A stretch of DNA of 59,178 nucleotides, counting the filler. It is 4 parts of 4 records of this genome, joined end to end, with 100 filler letters (N's around TTAATTAATTAA, not from the genome) between each part and the next. Parts side by side here need not be neighbours in the genome. Positions count along the whole stretch, not along the records: positions 11,842 to 39,859 come from SRR20825006_2691; positions 39,960 to 53,624 come from SRR20825006_2692; 2 more parts are not named here. One strand, given 5' to 3'. Shown piece after piece: positions 36,322 to 47,337 of the stretch. The translations under genes were made by a program, and so were the position numbers. Below the pieces are notes generated by a model. The model did no database searches, was not told the DNA's origin, and saw only the letters and a program-made list of their open reading frames with translations. Every line of letters starts with the position of its first letter. Within the stretch, counting starts at the first letter, position 1.

Positions 36322-38643
36322 TTGGAGGCACTTTTAGCAGGATTAAATGAAGCACAACGCGCACCGGTTTTACAGAAAGAAGGTGCAATGATGGTGATTG
36401 CCGGTGCAGGTTCGGGGAAAACCAGAGTTCTTACGATGCGTATTGCACACTTGATGCAGCAAGGGGTGGATGCGTTTAATATTTTATCACTTACGTTTAC
36501 CAATAAGGCAGCACGCGAGATGAAATCTCGTATTGGAACCATTGTAGGGAATAGCGAAGCCAAGAACCTGTGGATGGGAACCTTTCACTCGGTATTTGCA
36601 AAAATTCTGCGTATTGAAGGACATCATCTGGGGTTTCCGCCCAATTTTACCATTTATGATTCTCAAGATTCGCAGCGTCTTATTTCTGCGATCATCAAAG
36701 AAATGGGACTGGATAAAGATATTTACAAGTACAAGCAAGTGCATAGCCGTATTTCTTCTTTCAAAAACAGTTTGATCACGGTTAAGGCTTATTTTCAAAA
36801 TCCTGAACTGATGGAAGCCGATGCGATGGCAAAAAAGCCACGCTTGGGTGAGATTTATAAAGAATATGTGGATCGCTGTTTTAAAGCCGGAGCGATGGAT
36901 TTTGATGATTTATTGCTGCGCACCAATGAATTGTTGGCGCGTTTTCCTGAAGTTTTAGCAAAGTATCAAAAGCGTTTTCAATACATTCTGGTTGATGAGT
37001 ACCAGGATACGAACCATTCACAATATCTTATTGTAAAAGCGCTTGCAGATCGTTATCAAAATATTTGTGTGGTAGGAGATGACTCGCAGAGTATTTATGC
37101 TTTCCGTGGAGCGAATATTAATAACATTCTCAACTTTCAGCGGGATTATGACGATGTAAAAGTCTATCGCCTGGAGCAAAATTATCGTTCTACAAAAAAC
37201 ATCGTAGAGGCGGCAAACTCAGTTATTGAGCACAACCAGACTAAACTGGATAAAGTCGTTTGGACCGCAAATGATAGCGGACCCAAGATCGTTGTGCATC
37301 GCTCATTAACAGATGGGGAAGAAGGGCGTTACGTAGCGAGCAACATCTTTGAGACCAAGATGAACCAGCAGCTTAAACACAGCGATTTTGCGATTTTGTA
37401 CAGAACCAATGCACAATCGCGTGCTATGGAAGACGCCTTACGTAAGCGCGAAATTCCCTATCGTATTTTTGGTGGTTTATCGTTTTATCAACGCAAAGAA
37501 ATTAAAGATGTGCTGGCGTATCTGCGTATTTTGGTTAATCCTAATGACGAAGAAGCGCTTAAAAGAATTATTAATTATCCCGCTCGAGGAATTGGAGCGA
37601 CGACCCTTGATCGTCTGACGATCGCTTCTAAACAATACAATCGCTCCATTTTTGAGGTGATGGAAAATATTCAGCATCTGGATATCAACATCAACAACAG
37701 CACAAAAAACAAGCTCTACAATTTTGTGAATATGATTCACAGCTTTAAAATTTTGAGCGAAAATCAAGATGCTTTTGCAGTTGCTGAAACTGTAGCTCGT
37801 AAAACCGGATTACTACAAGAACTCAAGAAAGATGGCACACCGGAAGGGATTGCACGAATTGAGAATATCGAAGAATTACTCAACGGGATGCGCGATTTTG
37901 TGGAAGGACAAAAGGAAATCGCTGACGCTACCGGAAGCTTAACTGAATTCTTAGAAGATGTTGCTTTGGCAACAGATATGGATAAGGAGGTTGATGATAT
38001 TGACCGTGTTTCACTGATGACGATTCACTTGGCAAAAGGACTAGAATTCCCATACGTGTATATCGTTGGGATGGAAGAAGACCTGTTCCCTAGCGGAATG
38101 AGTATGAACACGCGCAGCGAACTCGAAGAAGAGCGTCGCCTGTTTTATGTGGCATTAACGCGTGCAGAAAAACAAGCCTATCTCACCTATACCGAATCGA
38201 GATATCGATGGGGAAAACTTATAGATGCAGAACCCAGCCGTTTTATTGAAGAGATCGATGAGCAATATTTAGACATCCAAACACCGATGGATACCTATCG
38301 CTACAAACCTATGATTGACAGCGATATTTTTGGCGAACCTGATAAGAGTAAATTACGGCTAAAAAAACCGGTAAGCGGTACACCGCCCACGATGGGTAAA
38401 CCTTCTGAAGAACAGCTGCGAAAATTAAGAAAGCTTCGTCCTCAAGCTGCTTCGGCACCACAAACCGATGATCTTAACGGAAAACTTCAGAAAGGGATGC
38501 ACGTAGAACACAGTCGTTTTGGTCGTGGGCAGGTGCTGAATTTAGAAGGCGCAGGACAGGATCAAAAAGCAGAAATTCAATTTCAAACCGGCGGAATCAA
38601 AAAGCTCTTATTGCGTTTTGCAAAGCTGAAAATTCTGGATTAA
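36322..38643 (+). CDS. uvrD: UvrD/PcrA-family ATP-dependent DNA helicase
   Basis: 'AGAGSGKT', 'TFTNKAAREM', 'DEYQDTN', 'NYRST', 'TIHLAKGLEF', 'EERRLFYVALTRA' and a C-terminal Tudor-like domain. TTG start. Confidence 0.93.
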   Translation: MEALLAGLNEAQRAPVLQKEGAMMVIAGAGSGKTRVLTMRIAHLMQQGVDAFNILSLTFTNKAAREMKSRIGTIVGNSEAKNLWMGTFHSVFAKILRIEGHHLGFPPNFTIYDSQDSQRLISAIIKEMGLDKDIYKYKQVHSRISSFKNSLITVKAYFQNPELMEADAMAKKPRLGEIYKEYVDRCFKAGAMDFDDLLLRTNELLARFPEVLAKYQKRFQYILVDEYQDTNHSQYLIVKALADRYQNICVVGDDSQSIYAFRGANINNILNFQRDYDDVKVYRLEQNYRSTKNIVEAANSVIEHNQTKLDKVVWTANDSGPKIVVHRSLTDGEEGRYVASNIFETKMNQQLKHSDFAILYRTNAQSRAMEDALRKREIPYRIFGGLSFYQRKEIKDVLAYLRILVNPNDEEALKRIINYPARGIGATTLDRLTIASKQYNRSIFEVMENIQHLDININNSTKNKLYNFVNMIHSFKILSENQDAFAVAETVARKTGLLQELKKDGTPEGIARIENIEELLNGMRDFVEGQKEIADATGSLTEFLEDVALATDMDKEVDDIDRVSLMTIHLAKGLEFPYVYIVGMEEDLFPSGMSMNTRSELEEERRLFYVALTRAEKQAYLTYTESRYRWGKLIDAEPSRFIEEIDEQYLDIQTPMDTYRYKPMIDSDIFGEPDKSKLRLKKPVSGTPPTMGKPSEEQLRKLRKLRPQAASAPQTDDLNGKLQKGMHVEHSRFGRGQVLNLEGAGQDQKAEIQFQTGGIKKLLLRFAKLKILD

Positions 38644-39461
38644 AAAGTTTTAATCGAAGCCAATAGCGCAACAGGATCGATCTCGGTGTTTACCGATTCA
38701 TCCTCTTGTGTTTCCGGTAGGTTTTGCTTTTCATATTCCATTAAAGACCAGATGCCTTTGTCGTATTCTAATGCGGTAAGATTTTCGATCCAATCGCCGC
38801 TGTTGAGATATAGGCAAGCTCCTTGTGAGGTTTCAACCTTACGCATTTGGGGTTGGTGAATGTGCCCACAGATCACATAGTCAAATTGGTTCTCGATAGC
38901 GAGCTCGGCAGCGGTTTCTTCAAAATCGGTGATAAAGCTTACGGCTTTTTTGACACTGTTTTTGATCTTTTTAGATAGCGAATATTTCGGTCTTCCTAAG
39001 CTTACCAGACACCAATTGATAAAGCTGTTGAGAATGATAAGAAAATCATAGCCCCAACCGCCTAGTTTCGCGATCCACTTGGTGTGCTGTATCGAAGCGT
39101 CAAACACATCACCGTGAAAAATCCAGGCTTTTTTTCCGTCTAAATTCAAAACCAACTTATCTAGAATGGAAATATTTCCAAATTCTACCGGACTGAATTT
39201 CCGCAGTTTCTCGTCGTGATTTCCTGTGATGTAATAAACTTTGGTTCCCTTGGCAGCCAACGAAATGATCTTTTTGATCACTTGTAAATGCGACTTTGGG
39301 AAATACCGTTTTCTAAACTGCCAGATATCGATAATATCTCCGTTTAAAACCAGCGTTTTAGGTTTTATACTTTGTAGATAACTTACCAGTTCTTTTGCGT
39401 GCGCGCCGTAAGTACCCAGATGCACATCAGAAAGAATAACGAGTTCAACTTTACGTTTCAA
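38640..39461 (-). CDS. UDP-2,3-diacylglucosamine diphosphatase (LpxH/LpxH2-like metallophosphoesterase)
   Basis: 'SDVHLG', 'GDIID', 'GNHDE', 'HGD', 'GHIH' and 'NSGDW'. Confidence 0.82.
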   Translation of the reverse strand: MKRKVELVILSDVHLGTYGAHAKELVSYLQSIKPKTLVLNGDIIDIWQFRKRYFPKSHLQVIKKIISLAAKGTKVYYITGNHDEKLRKFSPVEFGNISILDKLVLNLDGKKAWIFHGDVFDASIQHTKWIAKLGGWGYDFLIILNSFINWCLVSLGRPKYSLSKKIKNSVKKAVSFITDFEETAAELAIENQFDYVICGHIHQPQMRKVETSQGACLYLNSGDWIENLTALEYDKGIWSLMEYEKQNLPETQEDESVNTEIDPVALLASIKTF

Positions 39462-39619
39462 AGAATATGATTTTTAACAAATTACATGCATAGGTGTTAT
39501 GGTAGCTTTATGTGATTATTAAATAATTTTAGTCTTTTAAGATTTTTCGTTTCAATTAGCGCATTCTAAGCAAGGCTTTTAGCCAAAAACACATTATTTT
39601 CGCCACACAACATGATGTT

Positions 39620-39859
39620 ATGGCAGGGAATACTTTTGGAAAATTATTTACGCTTACCACTTTTGGAGAATCTCACGGGGAAGCTATAGGTGGAATCATA
39701 GACGGCTGTCCGGCCGGGATCGAGATCGATCTGGATCTGGTTTATCGCGATATGGAACGCCGCAAACCGGGGCAATCTAAAATTGTAACCCAGCGTAAAG
39801 AGCCGGATTCGGTGAATTTCTTTTCAGGGATTTTTGAAGGAAAAACTACAGGAACTCCT
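39620..39859 (+). CDS. aroC: chorismate synthase (5' part; truncated by contig end)
   Basis: 'GNTFG…TFGESHG…DGCPAG…RRKPGQS…RKEPD…GKTTGTP'. Confidence 0.95.
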
Positions 39860-39959
39860 NNNNNNNNNNNNNNNNNNNNNNNNNNNNNNNNNNNNNNNNN
39901 NNNTTAATTAATTAANNNNNNNNNNNNNNNNNNNNNNNNNNNNNNNNNNNNNNNNNNNN
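39860..39959. other. artificial contig linker
   Basis: 44 N + TTAATTAATTAA + 44 N. Confidence 0.98.
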
Positions 39960-40162
39960 TGAAGATACCTCTGAAGGATCTTCACAGCCGTTAAAAAGCA
40001 ATAATATTGTTATGGGCTATGACCTCTATTGCTTTACATTATATGCTAGCCCTTGTATCACACTCATCTCGTTGAGGGTTGTACTTTTGTACCGCCCCCG
40101 AATCTCGGGTTTAGCACGAACCAAAAGCTCTCGACAAGAATAATTGGTACCAACTTCGATTT

Positions 40163-40200
40163 AAAAAAAACCCTAACTAGCATTCAGCTAATTAGGGTTT
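40163..40200 (-). terminator. rho-independent terminator of nrdJ
   Basis: Minus strand AAACCCTAATTAGC-TGAAT-GCTAGTTAGGG followed by eight T, 27 bp after the nrdJ stop. Confidence 0.75.
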
Positions 40201-40227
40201 ATCCTGTTTTCCATGAAAAGGATTATG

Positions 40228-43200
40228 CTACGAGCAGCCCGAAGTTGAGCCGCAAGTAATACACTTTGAACACGTACCGTTACGCACCATCGTCATGCTT
40301 CCGCACTCAGGACAAGCTTCACCAGTGTAACCTAGTTGTTTAGCTTTGTCGTAATCTGATTCGTAGCTTGAAGTTGCTTTAGCTTGTTGTGTTGCTGCAA
40401 CAGGAACTTTTTCCTCAACTGGTGCAGGAGCTACTGCCACAACTTTCGTGGTCTCTACCACTTCTCCACCTGGTGTTGGGCGCATTTCTCGTGTGGTAAT
40501 TTGATCCGGAGATACATGAGCTAAATCTTCACGTCCCATGTATGCTACAGCAAGCTCACGGAAAATATAATCAATTACAGAGGTCGTCATTTTTACGTGA
40601 GGATTTCCTGTAACCATACCGCTTGGTTCGAACTTGGTAAATACAAAAGCATCCACAAACTCTTCGAGAGGTACGCCATGCTGTAAACCTAACGAGATAG
40701 AAATTGCGAAACAGTTCAGCAAGCTTCTAAAAGCAGCGCCTTCTCGGTGCATATCAATAAATATCTCACCAATTTGACCGTTTTCATATTCGCCAGTTCT
40801 TAGGTAAACACTTTGCCCACCAATTTTCACTTTCTGGGTGTAGCCTTCACGACGGAATGGTAAACGTTGGCGACGAGCAACATATTTATGAATAATACGC
40901 TCTGCAACTTCAACCACTTTATCTTGTGCTACTGCAGTTGGTGCGTCCAATTCTTCTTCTTCCTCAAGCTCTTCAAACACATCTGCCATACTATTTAGTG
41001 GCTGGCTTAGTTTAGAACCATCACGGTATAGCGCATTTGCTTTTAGCATCATCTCCCATGAAAGCATGTATGCTTTTTTCATGTCTTCGATAGAAGCTTC
41101 GTTTGGCAAGTTGATGGTTTTTGAAATTGCACCAGATAAGAAAGGCTGAGCCGCTGCCATCATTCCAATATGCCCTTCAGCTGAGATATAACGCGTTCCC
41201 GTTCTACCACATTTGTTTGCGCAATCGAAGACTGATAAATGCTCGTCTTTTAAGAATGGAGCTCCTTCAACAGTCATAGTTCCACAAACATAATCGTTGG
41301 CTTCTTGAATTTGCTCACGAGTAAAGCCAAGGAAACGAAGCATATCGAAAGTGAAATCTGATAACTGCTCATCCGTAATGCCAAGAATATCTTTACAGAA
41401 ATCTTCACCAAGTGTCCATTGGTTGAACGCAAACTTAATATCGAAACTTGCTGGTAAAGCAGCTTCAATCGCCTTTAATTTGTCGTCGGTAAAGCCTTTT
41501 TCTTTTAAAGTCTCTGGGTTGATGTGTGGGCAACCTTCAAGATTACCAGAACCTTTAGCGTAGTCGATAATTGCTTTCGATTCTTTAGGACTGTAACCCA
41601 AAGTTTTCAATGCAAGGGGAACACTTTGGTTAATGATTTTGAAATAACCACCACCAGCAAGTTTCTTGAATTTCACTAACGCGAAATCAGGCTCAATCCC
41701 AGTGGTATCGCAGTCCATAACTAAGCCGATAGTTCCGGTTGGAGCAAGTACGGTAACTTGAGCATTTCTATAACCGTGCTTTTCGCCAAGTTCTACAGCT
41801 TTATCTGCATTTTCTTTGGCAGCTTTTAGCAAGTAATCAGGACAGATAGAAGCATCAATACCAACTGGTTTTACAGTAAGACCTTCGTATTCTGAAGGAT
41901 CGGCATTGTAAGCAGCTCTACGGTGATTATTCATCACACGAAGCATATGCTCTTTGTTGCGCTCATAGCCTTCAAAAGTTCCTAATTCTGCGGCCATTTC
42001 CGCACTTGTAGCATACGATTGCATATGCATTATCGCAGTAATTGCACCTGTGATGGCCATACTTTCTTTACTGTCGTAAGCTATACCTTGCACCATCAAT
42101 GCGGCGCCAATATTGGCATAACCTAAGCCAAGCGTTCTAAATACATAAGATAACTCAGCAATTTCTTTGGAAGGAAATTGTGCCATGAGAACAGAGATTT
42201 CGAGAACAACCGTCCAAATTCGAGAAGCGTAACGTAGTGATTCTACATCAAAGGTAGTGCAACTTTCATCTGTGAAAAACTTCATCAAATTCATAGAAGC
42301 CAAGTTACATGCTGTGTTATCTAAAAACATGTACTCAGAGCATGGATTACTCGCTTTGATTTCACCGTCTTCAGGACAAGTGTGCCACTCATTAATCGTA
42401 TCGTGATATTGAGTTCCTGGATCAGCTGATGCCCAAGCTGCATATGCAATTTGATCCCAAAGTTCATTAGCATCCATTGTTTTACAAGGAACTGGCTCGC
42501 GACCTTCTTTTTTAGCTTTAGACTTCTCGATTCTCCAATAAAGACTCCATTGCCCGTCATCTTTTACGGCTTTCATAAATGAATTTGGAACACGAACAGA
42601 GTTGTTAGAGTTCTGACCCGCTACTGTTGCATACGCTTCTGAATTCCAATCTGTATCATACGCATCAAACTCAATGTCCGTAACACCTTGAGCTGCCAAC
42701 TGAATCACACGCTCAATATAGTTAAGAGGTACATGATCACGCTTAGCTTGACGTATAACCTTTCCAAGTGCTTTATTCTTTAATGGATCTCTACTTACAG
42801 CACCATTAAACGTTCGTCCTTCAACTTCCACAGGAGTATGGCAAAGGCGAATAATATCTTTAAGGTGTCTTTGGGAAATTTTAGACCCAGAAACTAACGC
42901 TGCTACTTTTTGCTCTTCCTTAACTTTCCAACCAATGTATTCTTCAATATCTGGATGGTCTAAATCTAAGGTTACCATTTTTGCAGCACGGCGTGTAGTT
43001 CCACCAGACTTAATTGCACCAGCTGCTCTATCGCCAATTTTCAAGAAACTCATTAAACCAGACGATCTACCACCACCGCTTAATGGCTCATCCGCTCCAC
43101 GAATATTTGAGAAATTACTACCTGTACCAGAACCATATTTGAACAATCTAGCTTCGCGAATCCATAAATCCATGATTCCGCCTTCATTCACTAAATCATC

Positions 43201-43818
43201 GCCAACGCTTTGAATAAAACAAGCATGTGGCTGTGGGTGAGTGTACGAATCGGTAGACTTTGTAAGTTTTCCAGTGTTTGGATCCATGTAATAATGACCT
43301 TGAGCAGGACCATTAATTCCATAAGCCCAGTTTAAGCCAGTGTTAAACCACTGAGGACTATTTGGTGCTGCCATTTGATTAGCAAGCATATAGCACAATT
43401 CGTCATAAAACACTTTAGCATCCGCTTCTGTGTCAAAATAATCATGTTTCCAGCCCCAGTAAGTCCAGCAACCAGCAAGGCGACTAAACACTTGTCGACT
43501 ATCCACTTCGTGAGTAAAACGTTCTTTTTCTTCTAGTCCCTTCAGAACCTTATCATCTGCTTCTGAACGCTGTAACCATTTAGGTACACCCTTTTCCGAT
43601 ACTTTTTTCAAGCCCGCCGGAACACCCGCTTTTCTGAAGTATTTCTGAGCAATAATATCGGTAGCTACTTGAGACCAGCTATTAGGGACCAATACGTTTT
43701 CCATATGGAAAACTTTGGAACCATCTGGGTTCTTTATCTCAGAAGTTCGAGATTCAAATTTCATTGATTCGAATGGTGTTTCCCATTCAGACTTAGTGTA
43801 GAAGCGAGTAAATTTCAT
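40228..43818 (-). CDS. nrdJ: vitamin B12-dependent (class II) ribonucleotide reductase
   Basis: 'PNSPQWFN', 'HACFI', '[10 protein letters not shown]', thiyl 'SNPCSEY', 'APTGTI', TSCPD-type domain and a C-terminal 'CPECG…[11 protein letters not shown]'. ATG 43818 preferred over track TTG 43842. Confidence 0.96.
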   Translation of the reverse strand: MKFTRFYTKSEWETPFESMKFESRTSEIKNPDGSKVFHMENVLVPNSWSQVATDIIAQKYFRKAGVPAGLKKVSEKGVPKWLQRSEADDKVLKGLEEKERFTHEVDSRQVFSRLAGCWTYWGWKHDYFDTEADAKVFYDELCYMLANQMAAPNSPQWFNTGLNWAYGINGPAQGHYYMDPNTGKLTKSTDSYTHPQPHACFIQSVGDDLVNEGGIMDLWIREARLFKYGSGTGSNFSNIRGADEPLSGGGRSSGLMSFLKIGDRAAGAIKSGGTTRRAAKMVTLDLDHPDIEEYIGWKVKEEQKVAALVSGSKISQRHLKDIIRLCHTPVEVEGRTFNGAVSRDPLKNKALGKVIRQAKRDHVPLNYIERVIQLAAQGVTDIEFDAYDTDWNSEAYATVAGQNSNNSVRVPNSFMKAVKDDGQWSLYWRIEKSKAKKEGREPVPCKTMDANELWDQIAYAAWASADPGTQYHDTINEWHTCPEDGEIKASNPCSEYMFLDNTACNLASMNLMKFFTDESCTTFDVESLRYASRIWTVVLEISVLMAQFPSKEIAELSYVFRTLGLGYANIGAALMVQGIAYDSKESMAITGAITAIMHMQSYATSAEMAAELGTFEGYERNKEHMLRVMNNHRRAAYNADPSEYEGLTVKPVGIDASICPDYLLKAAKENADKAVELGEKHGYRNAQVTVLAPTGTIGLVMDCDTTGIEPDFALVKFKKLAGGGYFKIINQSVPLALKTLGYSPKESKAIIDYAKGSGNLEGCPHINPETLKEKGFTDDKLKAIEAALPASFDIKFAFNQWTLGEDFCKDILGITDEQLSDFTFDMLRFLGFTREQIQEANDYVCGTMTVEGAPFLKDEHLSVFDCANKCGRTGTRYISAEGHIGMMAAAQPFLSGAISKTINLPNEASIEDMKKAYMLSWEMMLKANALYRDGSKLSQPLNSMADVFEELEEEEELDAPTAVAQDKVVEVAERIIHKYVARRQRLPFRREGYTQKVKIGGQSVYLRTGEYENGQIGEIFIDMHREGAAFRSLLNCFAISISLGLQHGVPLEEFVDAFVFTKFEPSGMVTGNPHVKMTTSVIDYIFRELAVAYMGREDLAHVSPDQITTREMRPTPGGEVVETTKVVAVAPAPVEEKVPVAATQQAKATSSYESDYDKAKQLGYTGEACPECGSMTMVRNGTCSKCITCGSTSGCS

Positions 43819-43901
43819 TAGCGGACCGTTGTTAGTATTCAATCTTGGGGTAGTAGTTTTTCGAACCCAAAATCAGGAGTATAATCTCCTTGAAGTGCAA
43901 A

Positions 43902-43932
43902 CAAATATATAAGAGGTAGCACGAGCGGGCAA
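43902..43932 (-). promoter_or_regulatory. putative nrdJ promoter
   Basis: Minus strand TTGCCC-N17-TATATT (the -10 also reads TATATTTG). Confidence 0.5.
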
Positions 43933-43948
43933 GTTAAATATCAATTAC

Positions 43949-44450
43949 TTTTCCACAATATTACACACTTATCCACACTACGTTTTCAACAACTCTATTA
44001 AATTACAACATTCATCTTACAATATACATTATAGTATATAATTTATTGAGTGGTAATATATCCATGTATATCATTTGAATACTAAAAAAACGATTAATCC
44101 CTCCTAATTCTTACTGAATACATTTTCCAAGATTATTCACAATCGATTTTTTACAAATGTTAGATTTATCATATTTATATATTATAATTATCATTATTTA
44201 TTAAATTTAATAATTTATTAAATACATTTTTATTTTCATTTATTAATTTACTTTAGCCATTTTACGCCCTTTCTTATATAGTTCAGCGCTATAATTGAAT
44301 TATCCAACACGCTTTATTCACTAACAAGTGGTGACTATTTTTTTACTTCGCACAAGTATTTTTAGATGAGAATCCAAGAGTAATTATCTTTCAAAAACAT
44401 GTAATTCAATGGTGTGATTTTTCTAGAAATCAATTTACCCATGTGGATAA
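43949..44450. promoter_or_regulatory. DnaA-box cluster with AT-rich tract (candidate oriC or DnaA-regulated nrdJ promoter)
   Basis: TTWTNCACA matches at 43949, 43969, 44133 (+) and 44442 (-), one-mismatch boxes at 43959, 43983 and 44314, and only 5 G/C in 44161-44250. Confidence 0.55.
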
Positions 44451-44655
44451 CTCACCAAGTTGAAAAAATCCGAATTCTTACTGTATTACTTCGATAAGAA
44501 TGAATATTTTCATGGCTCTAATAAATTCATCAGGAAATCATTTCTATTTATTATATTAGACAATCTTAATCTTTATTTTTCTATCAAAACCCTCTGGTTA
44601 ATTCCTCATATCTACATAGCAAGCATATTTTGAACATTTACAGCCGCATCCTCCA

Positions 44656-46128
44656 ATGAGCGACATAAGAATCCTTTTTATTGAAGATAACCCGCTAGAC
44701 GCGGAATTGATGGCTAGGCGCATAAAGAAAGATGGGCTTGACATATCATATCAGATTGTTGGTGAATTTGCAGAAATTGATTCCATGGTTAGCCAACATG
44801 AAACAGATATCATTATTTGTGACTATAATTTACCTGGTTATACAGGGGTTCAAGCGCTCAATAAAATAAAAAGCATAGACGTAGACATTCCTGTAATTTT
44901 AGTTTCAGGTGCCATTCCGGATGAAACAGCTATTGAAGCTGTATTAGCTGGTGCAAAAGATTATGTATTAAAGGATAACCTTATCCGCCTTGTGCCTGCC
45001 ATTAAACGTGAATACGATTCCTTAGTTAAGTTAAGAGAAAAACAACACGCAGACCTATTACTCAACTCATTATTTGAAAGCCAAATTGGGATCCTAATAT
45101 CAGATAAGGACAAAAATATTACTCAAGTGAATGAGTTTTATTGCCAGATGCTTGGCTATACAAAAGAAGAGTTTGAGAAACTAACCTTAGCCAACATCTT
45201 TCCAGAAGAATCTAGGAATGCCATTTTAGAGCAATACGAGAATTTTATTGAAGGTGGCACCAATGAAATCTATGAAATTAAAAACCTCACTAAAAATGGT
45301 ATAGAACTTAGCGTAATTGCCACTTCCAAAAAAGTTACCACTTTCAACTCTACTTATGTTATATCTACTGTTCTTGATATAACAGATAGAAAACGTATAG
45401 AGAAAGAAGTTCTAACACAGAATGCCCAACTAACGCAATTAACTGAAACTAGAGAGAAACTCTACGCTATTATTGGGCATGATCTCAAAAATGCCTTATT
45501 TGGGATTTCTGGTATTCTTGGTTTCATGATAGATGAGGTTGATAGAAATGAAACTACGTTGAATAGTATACAAGAAAAGATGATTCTCCTCCACGCATCT
45601 TCCGAAAATGCAACTCGTCTTTTGGATAACCTTTTAGATTGGGTACAAATACAAGCTGATAACTTACACTTTGAAACCTCAGAGTATAATGTATCTGACC
45701 AAATTTCAGGCATACTAAAACTCTTAAAAGCACAAGCTACTAACAAGCAAATTGAGCTGATAGGTGAGGTTGGGGAAGATATCTCAATACAAGCTGACAA
45801 GAACATGCTAGCTACTGTATTCAGGAATCTAATCTCCAATGGTATTAAATTCACAAAACCTGGTGGCTTTGTTAAGATATCGGTAGAAGAACGAGACAGT
45901 GAGCTTATTTTTGTTATCCAAGACAATGGAATTGGAATTCCACCAAAAGTAGCGCAAAATCTTTTTGATCCTGCAAATCGTCCTAAAAGAGTCGGAACAA
46001 ACAGAGAAATGGGCACCGGCCTTGGAATGATTCTAGTTCAAGAAATGATCGATTTCCATGATGGTGTCATTACTTTCACAACTGTTGAAGAGAAGGGCTC
46101 TACTTTTGTTATCACTTTGCCAAAATAA
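44656..46128 (+). CDS. hybrid sensor histidine kinase (REC-PAS-HisKA-HATPase), cytoplasmic
   Basis: N-terminal REC (IEDN, CDYNLP, LKD), PAS ('VNEFYCQMLGYTKEE…DITDRK'), H-box 'IIGHDLKN', 'NLISNGIKF', 'DNGIG' and 'GTGLG'. Confidence 0.9.
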   Translation: MSDIRILFIEDNPLDAELMARRIKKDGLDISYQIVGEFAEIDSMVSQHETDIIICDYNLPGYTGVQALNKIKSIDVDIPVILVSGAIPDETAIEAVLAGAKDYVLKDNLIRLVPAIKREYDSLVKLREKQHADLLLNSLFESQIGILISDKDKNITQVNEFYCQMLGYTKEEFEKLTLANIFPEESRNAILEQYENFIEGGTNEIYEIKNLTKNGIELSVIATSKKVTTFNSTYVISTVLDITDRKRIEKEVLTQNAQLTQLTETREKLYAIIGHDLKNALFGISGILGFMIDEVDRNETTLNSIQEKMILLHASSENATRLLDNLLDWVQIQADNLHFETSEYNVSDQISGILKLLKAQATNKQIELIGEVGEDISIQADKNMLATVFRNLISNGIKFTKPGGFVKISVEERDSELIFVIQDNGIGIPPKVAQNLFDPANRPKRVGTNREMGTGLGMILVQEMIDFHDGVITFTTVEEKGSTFVITLPK

Positions 46129-46275
46129 TAACAGCTATTATTTTATATAACTTAGTATCTATTAAATACCCTTCTCACGATTCCTTTCCACCTTTTTCCT
46201 AGATATTGCTGTAACTTCTTTTTTTGATGAGCGTCTAATCGAGCGAATGAAAATTTAACGCTTGATAATTCAATC

Positions 46276-47325
46276 ATGAAAAAGAGCCACCTCGGGTATT
46301 TATTTGCAGCTTTATTCCTTTCTATTACAGCTTGCAGCAATCAGACAGAAAACGACAAAGAAAATTCAGACAACGACTCTACCTTAGTCATCCCTGTTGA
46401 GGCTGGAATGGTAAATCGTGGAGATATTTCTGCATACTACTCTAACACCACCACACTAGAAGCTGAACAAGAAGCACGTGTAGTTGCAAAAGTTCGTGGT
46501 GTGATAACAACGCTTTTCGTGGAAGAAGGCGACTGGGTTAAAGCTGGCCAAAAACTTGCTCAAATTGATGACGCTCAGTATCGACTTGAAGCAGAGCGAG
46601 CAAAATCTACTTTAGATAGACTCAATAACGATTTCAATAGAAACAAAGAATTGTTCGATAGAAAGTTGATTGCAGCTGATGCTTACGAGAACTCTAGATA
46701 TGAGTATGAGGCCCAAAAATCAGTATATGAACTGGCGCAATTAACTCTCGAATACACTCAGATAAAATCGCCAATTAGTGGTGTTATCTCTGAGCGATTG
46801 ATTAAAGTTGGCAACATGATTGGTACCGACCAACCTGCTTTCCAAGTAACCGACTTTGATCCATTACAAGCAATACTTTATATCCCCGAACATGAAATGG
46901 CGAAGATTCGAAAGAATCAAACTGCTGAGCTGATAGTTGATGCTTTACCAAACCAAACTTTTAAAGGACATGTTGAACGAATTAGCCCAGTTGTAGACCC
47001 AACCACTGGAACTTTTAAAGCAACCGTATATGTAGACCAAAAAAATACAATCTTAAAACCTGGAATGTTTGGCAGAATCAAAATTGTATACGATACCCGC
47101 TTAAACGCTCAACTAATTCCAAAAGCAGCCGTTATTACCGAAGATCAAACACAATCAGTTTTCGTGATTAAAGATTCGCTTGTGTACAAAAGAGAAGTAA
47201 AAACAGGTTATATAAATGGAAAGAACATTGAAATTATAGATGGCTTAACTGACGGCGATATTGTGGTAACTATTGGCCAAGGTAGTCTACAAGACAGCGC
47301 AAAAGTAACGGTTGTTAAAAGCTAA
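46276..47325 (+). CDS. RND efflux periplasmic adaptor (MFP) lipoprotein
   Basis: Lipobox 'ITAC', lipoyl halves 'GVITTLFVEEGDWVKAGQ' and 'IKSPISGVI', 'LKPGMF' and 'GLTDGDIVV'. Confidence 0.93.
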   Translation: MKKSHLGYLFAALFLSITACSNQTENDKENSDNDSTLVIPVEAGMVNRGDISAYYSNTTTLEAEQEARVVAKVRGVITTLFVEEGDWVKAGQKLAQIDDAQYRLEAERAKSTLDRLNNDFNRNKELFDRKLIAADAYENSRYEYEAQKSVYELAQLTLEYTQIKSPISGVISERLIKVGNMIGTDQPAFQVTDFDPLQAILYIPEHEMAKIRKNQTAELIVDALPNQTFKGHVERISPVVDPTTGTFKATVYVDQKNTILKPGMFGRIKIVYDTRLNAQLIPKAAVITEDQTQSVFVIKDSLVYKREVKTGYINGKNIEIIDGLTDGDIVVTIGQGSLQDSAKVTVVKS

Positions 47326-47337
47326 AAAGGTCTTTCT

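Noticed and set aside
39960-40160. Open plus-strand frame, lipobox-like minus-strand fragment (LLLFNGC) and a TGAAGAT…ATCTTCA hairpin at the contig 3 start
   Set aside because: No start codon for the lipobox frame (in-frame TAG just upstream), the plus frame is not protein-like, and there is no tRNA fold. Too little sequence to call.
40228-43818. Intein or intron in the long nrdJ; NrdR box or cobalamin riboswitch upstream
   Set aside because: Length is explained by the TSCPD and C-terminal Cys domains. No intein splice motifs or LAGLIDADG seen at the usual sites; no convincing NrdR palindrome or B12 box.
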